From positions 5,817,991-5,881,990 of the forward strand of contig CM119271.1 in the NCBI GenBank assembly GCA_051294375.1: a DNA stretch of 64,000 nucleotides, in the 5' to 3' direction. This document shows positions 11,501-23,500 of this stretch, one piece after another (the stretch's first letter is position 1; the number at the start of each line of letters is the position of its first letter). Below the pieces are notes generated by a model that was not told the DNA's origin, did not search any database, and saw only the letters and a program-made list of their open reading frames with translations. Position numbers and translations under genes: made by a program. This DNA comes from Paraspadella gotoi. Lineage: Eukaryota > Animalia > Chaetognatha.

Positions 11501-14500
11501 TTTCCACGTAGACCCAGTCGTCCTCGTCGCTCCTGTCCATCGACGACTTGTTGCTTCGACTACGGTAGCCCGCCTCCGCCGCCGCAGAGTCCAGCGTCTC
11601 CTCCATGGCCGCCAAAGATGCTTTGGCGTCCTTGTAGTCCTGATCCACATCGGCGTCGTTTCCGCCGGAGCCGTTTCCGCCGCCGTTGTTGCACCGCTCG
11701 AGCGACGGTGAGCGCGACTCTTCGTGCGGAAAAAACTTTCCTCCCTGCGCGCCGCCCGCCGTCGATTTCGGGGATCGATACCCTCGGACGTAAGGGTCCA
11801 TGGCGCCGTAGAGACCCGGCGTGCCCGTCTTGAGTACGCAGGCTCGTCGGACGACGTCGACCACGACGAGGCCGGCGTCGTTGCCGAAGGCCAACAACCC
11901 GTTGCGGGGGTCGTAGTTGAGGGCGGTCACGTTTCCAGGCGGGACTCCCGCAACCCGGGTCAGCTGGACGAGAAGCTCAGGTTGATAGCCGGGAGAACGC
12001 TTCTGCCGACCAGTCTTGGGCTTGAGGACTGTCTTGCTCCTGGGGTCGGAGTCGTCCGAGCCCATAGAGGTCGACATGCCAGAGTAGGAAGAAAGGCTAA
12101 CGACCCGATGACCCTCTGGTTTGTTATCGCGGGGACGGAACTCGACGGGCTCTTCCATCCCGTGAATGTGGATGGTTTCGACCTCCTCGGGAAGGGATTC
12201 TTGGAAAGATTGGGGAAAGTCGGTGAAGGGTAAGGAAAAAAGAGAGAGACGATAGAGACGATAGAGATTCAAAGTAGACAGAGAAGAGAATAAAGAGAGA
12301 AAGTGTGGAACAAAGTAGAAAAAAAAGAGAAGAGAAGGAAAGAATTGACAATATGAAAAAGTGGCGCGGGGAAGAAGATATCTTTAAAGGCGTGTACTTA
12401 GGAAAAATATTTTTTACAAACCTACCTATGAGATCATAACTTAAAATGACTTCGATGGTCGGGCATTCTGAGTAAGTTTCCCCTTTGTTGAATTTAAGGA
12501 TAATCACGTGACCAGACGCTCCTAGAAAATAAGAAAGAAATCGAAATACGAGGAGAGACTAAAAGTTTCAATAACCTTAAATTTATTTCAATATATTTTT
12601 AAATGTTAGGCTTAGTAGCCTTACACCATACCAGCTACTGCCAGTTCTCTCGTGTCCAGCGCGAGTTGGATGTGCTCCAGAGCGAAGGGGTCATCCTCGG
12701 AAGGGGGCGTATCGCTTAAGAAATCTTCGTCAGCCGGGAAATGACGACCTCCACCGCGACGATACTTTTCGAATAGTTTTCCAGTTTTAAATTTGTACAG
12801 CACCTTACGACGGAAAACGAAATTTAAGCTTGACAAAAAAATCTTAAAAGTATAAGAATCTTCGCAATCACAAAGAAAAAAATCTGGACCCATGACAAAC
12901 TTTGATACTCATAAAATTAATTTTGATACAGGAAAACTAAGTGATATATTTAACAAAAAATACATATATTTATATCAAATAAAATTAGCTTAGAAGAATA
13001 AAAACAAAAGGAATATCCATTATCCAATGATAGATGGACATTGGACAAACAAACAAAAAAGCATCCTAAAATCACAATGATCTATTGATCAAAAAATGTA
13101 GGTTCTGAAGAGACAGTAATTATTGTCATGTATTAGTGACAGAACCGTTCAATATAAGCAGTCCCTGAACTTCGGATCAGGCTGTAACACCGTGTTACAG
13201 GCGGGTTAAGCGCCCCGTCCCTTTTAACTTTTAGGCGACCACCGGGCTAAAAGCCCGGACCTTTGGGTTGGGAGGCGAATGACTTGCCTCCGGCACCAAT
13301 GGCCGCTGATGAACGGTTGGTAAATTTTAGTCTAGTTCGATTACAATGACTTATTTTTAAGGAGAAACTATTGATTATTATTCGATAAAAAAATAATATG
13401 TTTCGCGATTGTAAAAATGTAAAAAGCGCGACTGCGATGCTTGAGGTCACGAGTTCGCTCCTGAGTTTTTGAAATGTATTTATTTTTAATTAAAGAGAGA
13501 AAGAGAGAGACATATAATTAAAAGGAAAGATCTGCGAAGTAATTTTTATTTTAAATTTTTCAACTAATAAATATTACACAAATTTTAGAATCATTATGAA
13601 ATTATCAATTTTGAAATACCTTAATGATGAGAAGCTATATCTAAATTTTTAGCTTCACTTTTATTTCGACCATCATCCCAAAATCGTTGCAATCGCAAGC
13701 CATTGCGACGAAAAACGGCAGATATCTCCTAGTTCCTGCAAACCTGGAGAGACAACGAGGAGGCGTCCCAAAATTTGACGGAGCCATCGGCGTGACCAGT
13801 GATCATGATTTCGGCATAAGAGCAGGCGCCTTTGCCCCAACTGCCACCCGTTATAGGCCATGGTCGCTCGCTGTAGCCTTTTGTTCGTGCGTTGCAACCG
13901 ACTGCACAAGACGAAGCATTAATGGTCAAAAATGGAAAGAATGAGATTTGCATTTTACTCAATGAAGCGTCAATCGCCTTTATGAAAAAGAAATTTGGTT
14001 CTCATTTTGTTTGAAAAAACTTAAGCTATATTCCGATCATATGTCAAACCCAAAGTACCAAGATAGGGGGAAAAAAATGATTGCGGTTTGGAAAAATAAA
14101 ATAATTTCATTGTCTAATATATTTTTTTGCAGGAAAATAGTTTTTAATAAATAATACTACCTCCCTTGGATTGAAAGAAAAGATTAATTCCCAACATCAT
14201 AAAATCAAAAAACACAGAGTGGCGCGTACAGTTAATATAGGCTATATGTGATGCTACGAGTCACGAGTTCAAAGCTCCTTATTTTACCCTAGTCAGTATT
14301 CAACTCTTCAATCCTATACTATAAATACTGTAAATGAAAGGAAACTTTCGCCCTAAAATCCCTCCGTGCATACTCAAATTTATCATTTTTATCTCAGCTT
14401 TGTCTCTGACTCCCTCATCTACAATCCACACTCTGTTACTCCCAACTGATGGCCAGCCTATTCGCGAACAACCCTCGCAGTAGTTCAAAGAAGAGGTCAC

Positions 14501-17500
14501 GGTTTTATGAGTTCCTCTTTTTTGTTCGCTGTTTTATTGAGTCCGAAGGTTGTTCACGGAAGAGGTGAAGACGAAGTCAATTGGTTTCCCCCGATCCCCT
14601 CCCAAAAAAGAAGCAAGAATATGGTGAGGTCGATGTCCCAGATTTCTCACCAATACTTAAATTTCGTGAACAACCAAAGTCATCTCATCGCAGCATGAGC
14701 TCAGCAACTCAATTCTCTAACCTGAGTAAAGCGCAGGCACGAGGTCCGGGGGGCAATTGGCGTAATACTGGCAGACTGTGACGGGGCTCTCGTGAATGTC
14801 CATGGGGTAGGGATTCTCAAAGACGGGGAATCCCGTGGAGACAAGGTCGACGACCACGAGATCGCTTTGGAGTAGCACTACTAACGCCTGCAAGGTAGTC
14901 GAAGTAAAGAAATAAAATAAGTATAATGAAATGGATAAAAATTAAGAAGTTGCAGCGACAATAACAACGATGACTGTTTAATCTACGTCAGTTTGAACGC
15001 TGTTTACAGATAGTTCTACGTAGCAAGGCGAAACAATTTTTTTTATTAAATCAAAATGTATCTGTAATTCCTATTTTTCTTCTTGTGCAAAAGGGCTTAA
15101 AATTTTTTTTCCAAGACTTACAAAACCAACTTTTCTTATTTGTCAAATTGTGACGCAGGGAAAAATGAAAAGGCTAATCGGGCATACATGTTTGATACAG
15201 ATGAGGCATAATTTGAGCGTTTTTTTGATTGAATTAATTTTATTTCGCCAGACTAACAGATATTTAACGAGAATTTGTTCTGCAGTATCTATTTCCGAAT
15301 TGTAGTTTTGACTTTTCTTATTTTAGTTTTTATTTTATTTTTTTTTTTTTTTTTCACCTCAGGATTTTGGAATTCGCTGGTCCAGGGAGTCTCGTTAACG
15401 GGAAGAAAGTCAATGACTCGATGCTCCATCTCGAGGACAGTGACGCTCTTTCCTCTCATGATGGTGATACTTGGAGTTCGAATCCCTTTGTCAGCCGCCA
15501 AACCTCCTGAATGAATGAATGAAAGAATTAATTAATTAAATAAATCACACAATTAATTAATGGAATAAATTTAAAATAAAATTTAGCCATTTCGACTTTA
15601 GGTTCGCCCAAATATTTCGTATTCCTTCTGATGAACATTCACGGGCTCGATGCCTTAATAAAGTCTCACGTCGACTTCGCCTTAGAGTCTTAAAACTTCA
15701 TAAATTGGCCAAAATTAATTGGCGGTTGCCTCATAAATATCGCTGCCTCAAAATAGCTTGCTCCTTTTTTACATCTCCCTGCTTTCTCACTTGCCATTGA
15801 CGACGCTTCCCAAGAACATTATTCATTTCTTTTCTTAGTTCTTTGTTAACCCTTCTATGAACATTTGTCAGAGTATACAGACTTCTTCGGGTCAAAAAAA
15901 CTATCAAATCCATCAATTGATAAGTAATCTCGGCTTACCAATCAGTTTTTTAGCCTTCACCGATCCCTCACAAAAGAATTTTTTCAAGATATCGCGACAA
16001 AAAAAAAAAAAAAAGAGGGGGGAAAAACAAGGGAAAAAGAGGAAGGAACCTGAAAAGATGATAAAATCCTCTCCGTCTTTTGCAGCTTGCCAAAGGACGC
16101 TTCCTATTGGTCGACAGGCCTCCATCTTTCCATCCCTGTTCGCCGATTCTCGACTTCCATTGGACGAAAATTTCGCGTGCGGCTGCGACGTGGAGATCGG
16201 CTTCTAAATGCGAAAATGAAAAAGCATCAGTCACAATATGTCGAACGTCTTTCTCTGTATATGGCTCTCGCGTTCTCAGTCTCCGTCTTTATCGCTTGTT
16301 TTGCTTGCTTGCCTTATTTTTCTCTCGAAAAAGAAAGAAAGGGGGAATAGAGAAGGTTAATGGTCAGGTGTTTGTTTACAATCATAAACAGACGTTTGAA
16401 GCCATTATTTTCGAATAGTCACTCTGCCTTCAAAAGTCAAATGTGGCCGTGATTCTTTAGACTAACGTCGTTTCAGAAATAGAAAACCCGAGTGAAAACG
16501 ACCGCGTTTTATTTCCCCGATAAAATCGATAGAACTCCCCCCCCCCGCTGATGTCACCGATGTGGTGAGATCATCGATTTTTCATTAAATTCTGCCACAA
16601 CCTTGGGTCGACTAATCTTATCGTTTGATTCAATGTATCATCAACGACAACAACTTGTATTATTTATACAATATTTTATTATTTATACAATCTCTCGTCA
16701 TCTTTCCCTTAATCTCGTTTCGGTGAATTCGAAGTCAATCTCTGCAGCCTCGCTCATAAAGCAGGATGGGTAATCCAGAGCCCGAAGCCCCTTACATTCA
16801 AATCGACATCTTGACGATATGGCCTTACTGCACGATCCCATATATTACAATCAAAGAAGATAGAAAACGGTCGAAGTTCCCACGTAAAAAAAGACCCAAC
16901 ATCACCTTCGTACCTGTGGTTGTTTTAAGGACCACATTGACAGTGACCCGTCGGACTGTGATGTGATGAATTGCTTTCCCTCCGCGTGCCAACACGTGTC
17001 CGTCAAACTCACGTTGTTGTCCATGTAAAATCTGATCCGGGAGGGGAAAGACGGGGAATGACGCTTATTGGCCGCGCTAGCAACCTTGAAAAATGAAACA
17101 TGATTGACGAAGATCGGTCCATCGCGCATGAGCAGACTTTGATTCAAAATTCTCTATTTGGAATTCTGGGCAAATTTTGTTTTTTGAGAACTGAATCATC
17201 ATCATCATGATCATCACAGGAATTTGGACAAAGTGATCACCGTTATTAAATTGCGAATTTTTAGTCGGATCTGCTTATCAGCAGATCCCGACTCTATAAT
17301 TCACTTTGTCGGTCCGTCCCCTTAATATTGTCGGGCACACACTTATATCATGTCAGAACATCGAATTATGATAAATTATGCCAAAAAAATGATGTCCGTC
17401 CATCCGTCCCACATTAGCAAAAAACACCAATTACTCATGATTGGATGGATGGATTTGAATGAAATTTTGTGTGTAAGTAGGGAAGTGTGTGATTGAGCTG

Positions 17501-20500
17501 GATATGAAGTTTCGATGGAATCGTCCAAGTGGAAATGAGTTTAAATGGAAAAAACAAAAAAATATATTTCACTATTTGAACACCTATTGCTCATGAGTGG
17601 ATGGGGCGATTGACCTTGAATTTTGTATGTGGGTAGTAAAGTGTGTCATTAAGCTCTAAATCAAGTTTCGATGGAATCGTCCGAGTGGAAATGAGTTTAA
17701 ATGAAAAAAACAAAAAACCTGTTTCACTAATTGATTATACTTCTTTTTCCTTTTATATTAAATGTAAATACAGGATGTATTAATTAATCAAATAAATAAT
17801 CAATTAGTCAATTAATTAATCAATAATTAATTAATAAGTCAATCAATCAAGTCAATCATTATCGGCATTATTGTCATCGTCGTCATTGCTTTTGTCATGG
17901 TTAGTGACGAAAAGACCTAAAAACAAACATTTGGGATCAAATTAATTAATTGCCTAATTAATTAATTAATTAACTTAAATAATAATAATGATAATGATCG
18001 TGGGCAGATCCGACATTGTTTGCTCAAACTTGTTAAGGTTATAATGAATGTGAATCGATGACGATGATTAGAGGACCCACTCGAAATCGAATTGCGACAA
18101 TTTACTGACATCTTTCTTTATTATTTCAGATAGCCACCGTCTTTTTTCCGCGCCATTAACGGAGCAAAGAAGACGACAATCCTTGGACTGCTCCACACGG
18201 TAATGAGCAACCGGTAGACTATACTTTCTTCTCTCTTCTTCGTTTTAGTTTTATTCTCAGGCCTATATTAAATAAAATAACCTATGAAAAAATAGAAAAT
18301 TTGACAAGTTAACGTCTGGTATCGATGCAAGTTTTACCTTCTATATAAATTGTTAAATAATTTATAAATATTTCAATTAATTTTCAAAATAAAAATTAGG
18401 TTTTATACAGAATACCAATAACATTAGTAAGTTTAATTCTCAATCTCGTCCTCTATTCTATGCTTTTATTGGTTGTAATTTGATTCTTAATTCTGATTGG
18501 TCGAGAGCTTTCTAGTTAATTCATTGATTGTATTATTAAGTCGAAATTTTATGTAAACTTTAAACTTTAGGAGATTACCCAGGAAACATGAATTCTAATC
18601 ATTGAACTTATTATTTGTACAGCTTAGCGCTCTTATTTTAGTGGCTCTGTTCGCGTTCCTATACCTGGTCTGATTATTTTTTTTATTAAAAGCAAGTGAT
18701 TTGGATTAATTCCTTTTTTGATAAAGAAATGGCTTCGCCTAGTAAAATATATAAGGGGTCGTGGGTTCGAGCCCCACATTGGGCGCCAGATGTTGCGGAT
18801 TTCGGGCCGCAAAAAAGATCAATCCTACAACTACCCAGTAGCTACTTTTTCCTATCAGGAAAAACGTTTTATTAGAGTTTTATTTGTAGTTTATTAGCAT
18901 CCTTTATTTCCAACAGTGAGGGCCGTTGCCAAGCCAAGGATTTCCTATCCAGGGAGATTTGGGCATAGTTCCTCTATGATCCTGAATCCTTAGGTCCGCT
19001 GGTCTTGCTGGGGCGCAGTTGTTCTTCTTTCTTCTTGGGAGGCCGCTGAACTGCCCCCAGAAGCCTTGTTACACTCCTTTTTATAGAAAAACCTAGCCTA
19101 CCCTTCCTCCTCATCTACATAAAATAGAGCATCTCATTGGTGCAAGGCTAAGGAACCTGAGTACCCCTTGAGGACCCTCAGCTCTCCTCTCTCTCCTATT
19201 GGCTGAGGGCTGTGGTATCTGAGATCTCTCTCTCTTGCTGAGGTGTGCAAGCTTGCAAGCGAGAAGACTAGCTCAGGTACCTCTCTCTTCCTTCCTATCC
19301 TTAGGTTGCTGAGCAGGGGTGAGAATATTAGCTCAGGTACCTCTCTCTTCCTTCCTATCCTTAGGTTGCTGAGCAGGGGTGAGAATACTAGCTCAGGTAC
19401 CTCTCTCTTCCTTCCTATCCTGAGCAGGGGCGAGATCCCTAGCCTCGTAACACCTAGGTTAGAGCTAAGTGCTCAATGTTTTTTAATAAAAGATTAATAA
19501 AAGATTAATAAAAGATTTTATTAAAAAACATTGAGCACTTAGCTCTAACCTAGGTTATACCTTATAGATTTTACTAGGCGAAGCCATTTCTTTATCAAAA
19601 AAAGAATTAATCGAAATCACTTGATTTTAATAAAAAAAATAAAGAGTCTTTATTACTCTATCTTTTAACGACCATCACAACAGTCATATCATGACAAAAC
19701 GAAAGCACCTCTATTTTATCGGCGCCAAATTCAATTGTTTTCTCACTCTGAAAAACGTGATGCCAAATTTTCAAAAAAGCGATTTATCCTTTTTCTCCGA
19801 TCCTCCAAGCGAGGTATCAACGATTCCCGTTACTTTACCCGCTTTGATGACTTAAAAACAGGAATAAAATTTAAAGTGTTATTCATTATGACTCAGCACA
19901 AATTACGAAATAATTAAGATTTTTCGCTTCAGTCGCTCGCGAAATGGAAAGGCGGTTTTTAAATATTTATGACCACTTACATATTATAATGAAAGAAAAT
20001 CTTTCTTCAGCACTGGAGAGTATTTCAAGTTTCACTACAAGCTTTGATAAAGAAAATTACCGCAAAATAAGAAGTAGTATTGTAAAACCCACCGTAAAAA
20101 TGTTTCATTGTATTCAAATATTACGGTATTAAATTGAAATATTGAAGAGACCGATGGTCCGAAGGTCGGTGCCTCTCTAAGGGTGTGGATAGCCTCCCAC
20201 ACTTAGTGTGCTCACGGGGACTGGGAGATTTTTCCGTCAGTTGCCTTGCTTTCCGAAACTTCGGATCCGGCGGTTGGCTTGCTATCGGTGGTTTAACCAG
20301 CCCATCACTCTTTTACAATGACCGTTCCAACCGGGACCATTGGGTTCGGTGATGTAGCGTAAGCCCAGTGCGCTATTACGGCGCTGATGAAAGGAACTGT
20401 CGTATCCAACGGGTAGTCACTACAATATTAAGATTTTACTGTTTCGCGACATTTTCGCTACAGTTGCGAAACACCGCAAAAAAAAAAGTTTAGAATATGA

Positions 20501-23500
20501 GATGCAATTGGACATAAATGCAAACATTTCCTTCTCTGCCAAATAATTCGCTCGGACATTAAAATTACAATTAAGTCAACAAAATGGACTTCGTCTTCTA
20601 AGATTACAGATAAAGTATGGGCACCCAAAAAAATAGTGTTCAGTGTTCAGCAAATTTGCCAAAGAAACCTTTCTTGAATTCTGATGTTTTTCACTCACGA
20701 ATTTATTTCTGCAATAAATTTTTAGGCGCGTAATCGTAATTCAAAAAGTAATCTCTTCCTAAAAACAGCTGCAAAACATCATCCCGCTGTCCCCGTTTTT
20801 AGAAAGAAAAACAAACAAACCTTCGTCTTTGTTCCTGATTAAAAGGGAGGAATGAAGGCAAGACGTAGTCATCATGGTAAGCGGAAGTGTCAACAGATGA
20901 TGCCACTGAGCTCTCTTTTTTCTTTTTTTCCTTTCAAAATAGAACCTAAAATTGGCCCAGAAGTCCAAAAGGTCGATAAAAATAGGAATTTATTTGATAA
21001 AAATAAACGAAGGGAGAAAAACTTTTTAACATTTTGTAATATCTTCAAAGCTAAAGAAAATACACTTTGCTGTGTAGTAAATTAAATCGAAAGTCCGAAA
21101 ACGTCCTGAAAACACATGGTGACAATTTGAAACCCGCCGCTAAAAAAATCTACCAATAAAAAATATGTAAAGATTTTAATATTTTGAAAACAAATATCCT
21201 TATCCAAAACGTAAACGTTTTTATATATAAAGGTTAATCTTATAAAGAAACTAATCAAAGAGCGACCAAGTTAAGTTTTTTTAAATCAGCCTGGTAAGAA
21301 AAAAAAACGGCGAAAACGTAAGGCAATATGACAGTATTGTTAGTACGAACTAAAAAGAAATCGCTCTCATGACATAAACAGAGACTCAAGACCGCAATCA
21401 CCACCCCTACTTAAATCAACCCGCAATCCACCCATGCATTCCCTCACCTCGACTCGGCGACACGACTCCTCAAGTCCCAGAGGACGACTATTCCGGTCTG
21501 GTAGCCGATGAGAAGTTTGTTGTTGTCGACCGGGTTGTCAAGGAGACGGACGATGGCGCCGGGGTGAGTCTTTTGGCGAAGTTCTATCGCCTGTAGAGAA
21601 AGCGAAGAGAGAGAGGGAGAACAATGTCACCAGACAGGAAAAAAATATAACGAGCTTAGATTGAGATCGAGATGTAATATTTAACAATTTTATTTTTTTT
21701 CTTTAATACAATTTACTGCGAATATTTATAATTTATAGTTTTTTTATGTGGTAGTTATTTTAATTCTGAAGGGAATGTAGGTTATGGTTATGCTGGTTAT
21801 GGTAGTTGTAGTGGTAGTTGCGAGTGTGGTGATTAATGTAATATCAATAGTTGTTACAATTCGAATTCTTTTAAATTATTTTTTCATATAGTCTTACTTT
21901 GTTCCAGTTGATTACATAATTAGATAACACGAAGGATTCAATGTTGACGACGTAGACATTTCCTCGTTCTGTTCCAACGTAAAGCCACTTGCTCTACAAA
22001 ACAAAAACCATGACGTCAATTCAGCGGGGTAAAGCACAAGAGAATCTCATTCTTGACTTCTAATTGCGGTCTCCATTTTTGTTAACATTGGAAATGTTTT
22101 CTAACATTTTCGTTTCAATTACTTTTCAGTTCACATCGCCAGGGAAATTTAATCACTCATCAATCAAGCCTGCGTCCGCTCAAAAAATGAAGACAATTTG
22201 ACAAAAAATGTTTTTCAGTACCCCCCCCCATTTTTTACTTCTCAAACTGTACTAACTTGAAAAGAAAGGTGAAATTTGGTAATTTTTTCACGGTTAAATT
22301 TAAGGCTGTTTTGCAGAAGATTGGCGGAACAACGTTTCTCTCTAATATTCCACAAGTGGATGTTGTCATCCGAACAGGCACTGGAAAACCAAAAATGAAA
22401 GTTTAAATTTTTATTAGCACTTGTTTAGTGTTTTTAACAATTGGTGAAGAAAATCGTCTGAATGAACTTCTGCAAGGAAGTATTCAAGCTATTCAAGCTT
22501 GCATACTTGCTTCTAAAAACCCTCGACAGAGGACCTGAGCAAAAGGCCTTCGTTTATGATGAACGTCAACTGAATGACGGAGAGGTCGGAACCGTGGTGG
22601 AGATGCAGGTCGACTCCGGGTTGGCCGAGGACGCGGATTGAGCCGTGCTTCGTGCCTGAGACGAGACGATTATGAATTAGCTCCTCAGTTGCGCACTTTT
22701 TCGTTTTAATTAAACGCTTTTTTTTAAAATTTCTTTTCCATTGGAAATCCAATTTAGTTTTGACTCTTTTTTAAATTTTAATCCGTTTTAAAAAGCGTGG
22801 AAAAGGGAGCGTACATATAAAAATTTTTTTTTCGAAATTGATTTTACAGATTTTACATGAATCATGACATCAATTAAAAGAATTTATGTGATCTCTCCTC
22901 AAAAGCCTCAAAATAGCTACACAAGCTGACAATGACTTATTATGATTATTAATTATTAAAACCCATATGAATATAAGAACTACTTATTACATGAAATATT
23001 TATCTTTCGAACTACCCGGCAAAAAGCTCGAGTCTCTTACCAATTGCAAGAAGCTTTTGCACAGGGTCGTAGGCGATGCAAGAAGGTTGGTAAGGGAATC
23101 CATGCCTCACCATTCTCGACAACGCGAACTGAGAAGCAGTCAGTGGCTCCGGCACCTCCTTGGGACCCTGCAGAATTAGATTATTCACGCTGAAGTAGTA
23201 AAAGTTTTTATTTCCATAGATATTTATAATAGCAGTAGCTGCGTCGATACACGTAAATCACTTCCAAGGGCTTAAACTGTTACTGCGGACTAATATCATT
23301 TTGGTACTTGTAAACATATTTTATAAATCAAAACAATATTTTTTTTCTTCCGATTTTTGCTCAAAACATAGAATAAGAAATAGAAAAAAATAAAATATAA
23401 TAAGAAAAAAATACTTATATCAAAAAAATGTTAAAAATAATAAAAAATTAAAAAAACAATTTCTATTCTGTTAGAGAGCAGGTGCTAGTGAAGACCTAGT

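Larger units (their letters stand above)
18674..19642. repeat. Long palindrome/foldback element interrupted by an LTR-tRNA insert
   Basis: Outer arms 18674-18756 and 19560-19642 are 83-bp inverted repeats with 4 mismatches. Inner arms 19452-19491 and 19516-19555 are perfect 40-bp inverted repeats around a TAATAAAAGAT-repeat loop. Confidence 0.9.

Noticed and set aside
9978-12233. Plus-strand ORFs overlapping tomosyn exons (and antisense ORFs over tubulin, convertase and CAP exons)
   Set aside because: Shadow ORFs caused by GC-rich codon usage on the coding strand.
13306-13320. Hammerhead ribozyme at CTGATGA (also ~20384)
   Set aside because: No correctly placed stem II-GAAA-stem III-UH could be built on either strand, and copy 4 of family A has CTAATGA.
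18756-18788. tRNA-Lys gene
   Set aside because: Only positions 44-76 are present, CCA is encoded, and it abuts an LTR. It is a primer-derived copy, not a gene.
19261-19431. CRISPR-like array or repeat protein (ORF 19243-19497)
   Set aside because: Head-to-tail 60-bp repeats with no unique spacers, inside LTR U3 in a eukaryotic genome.
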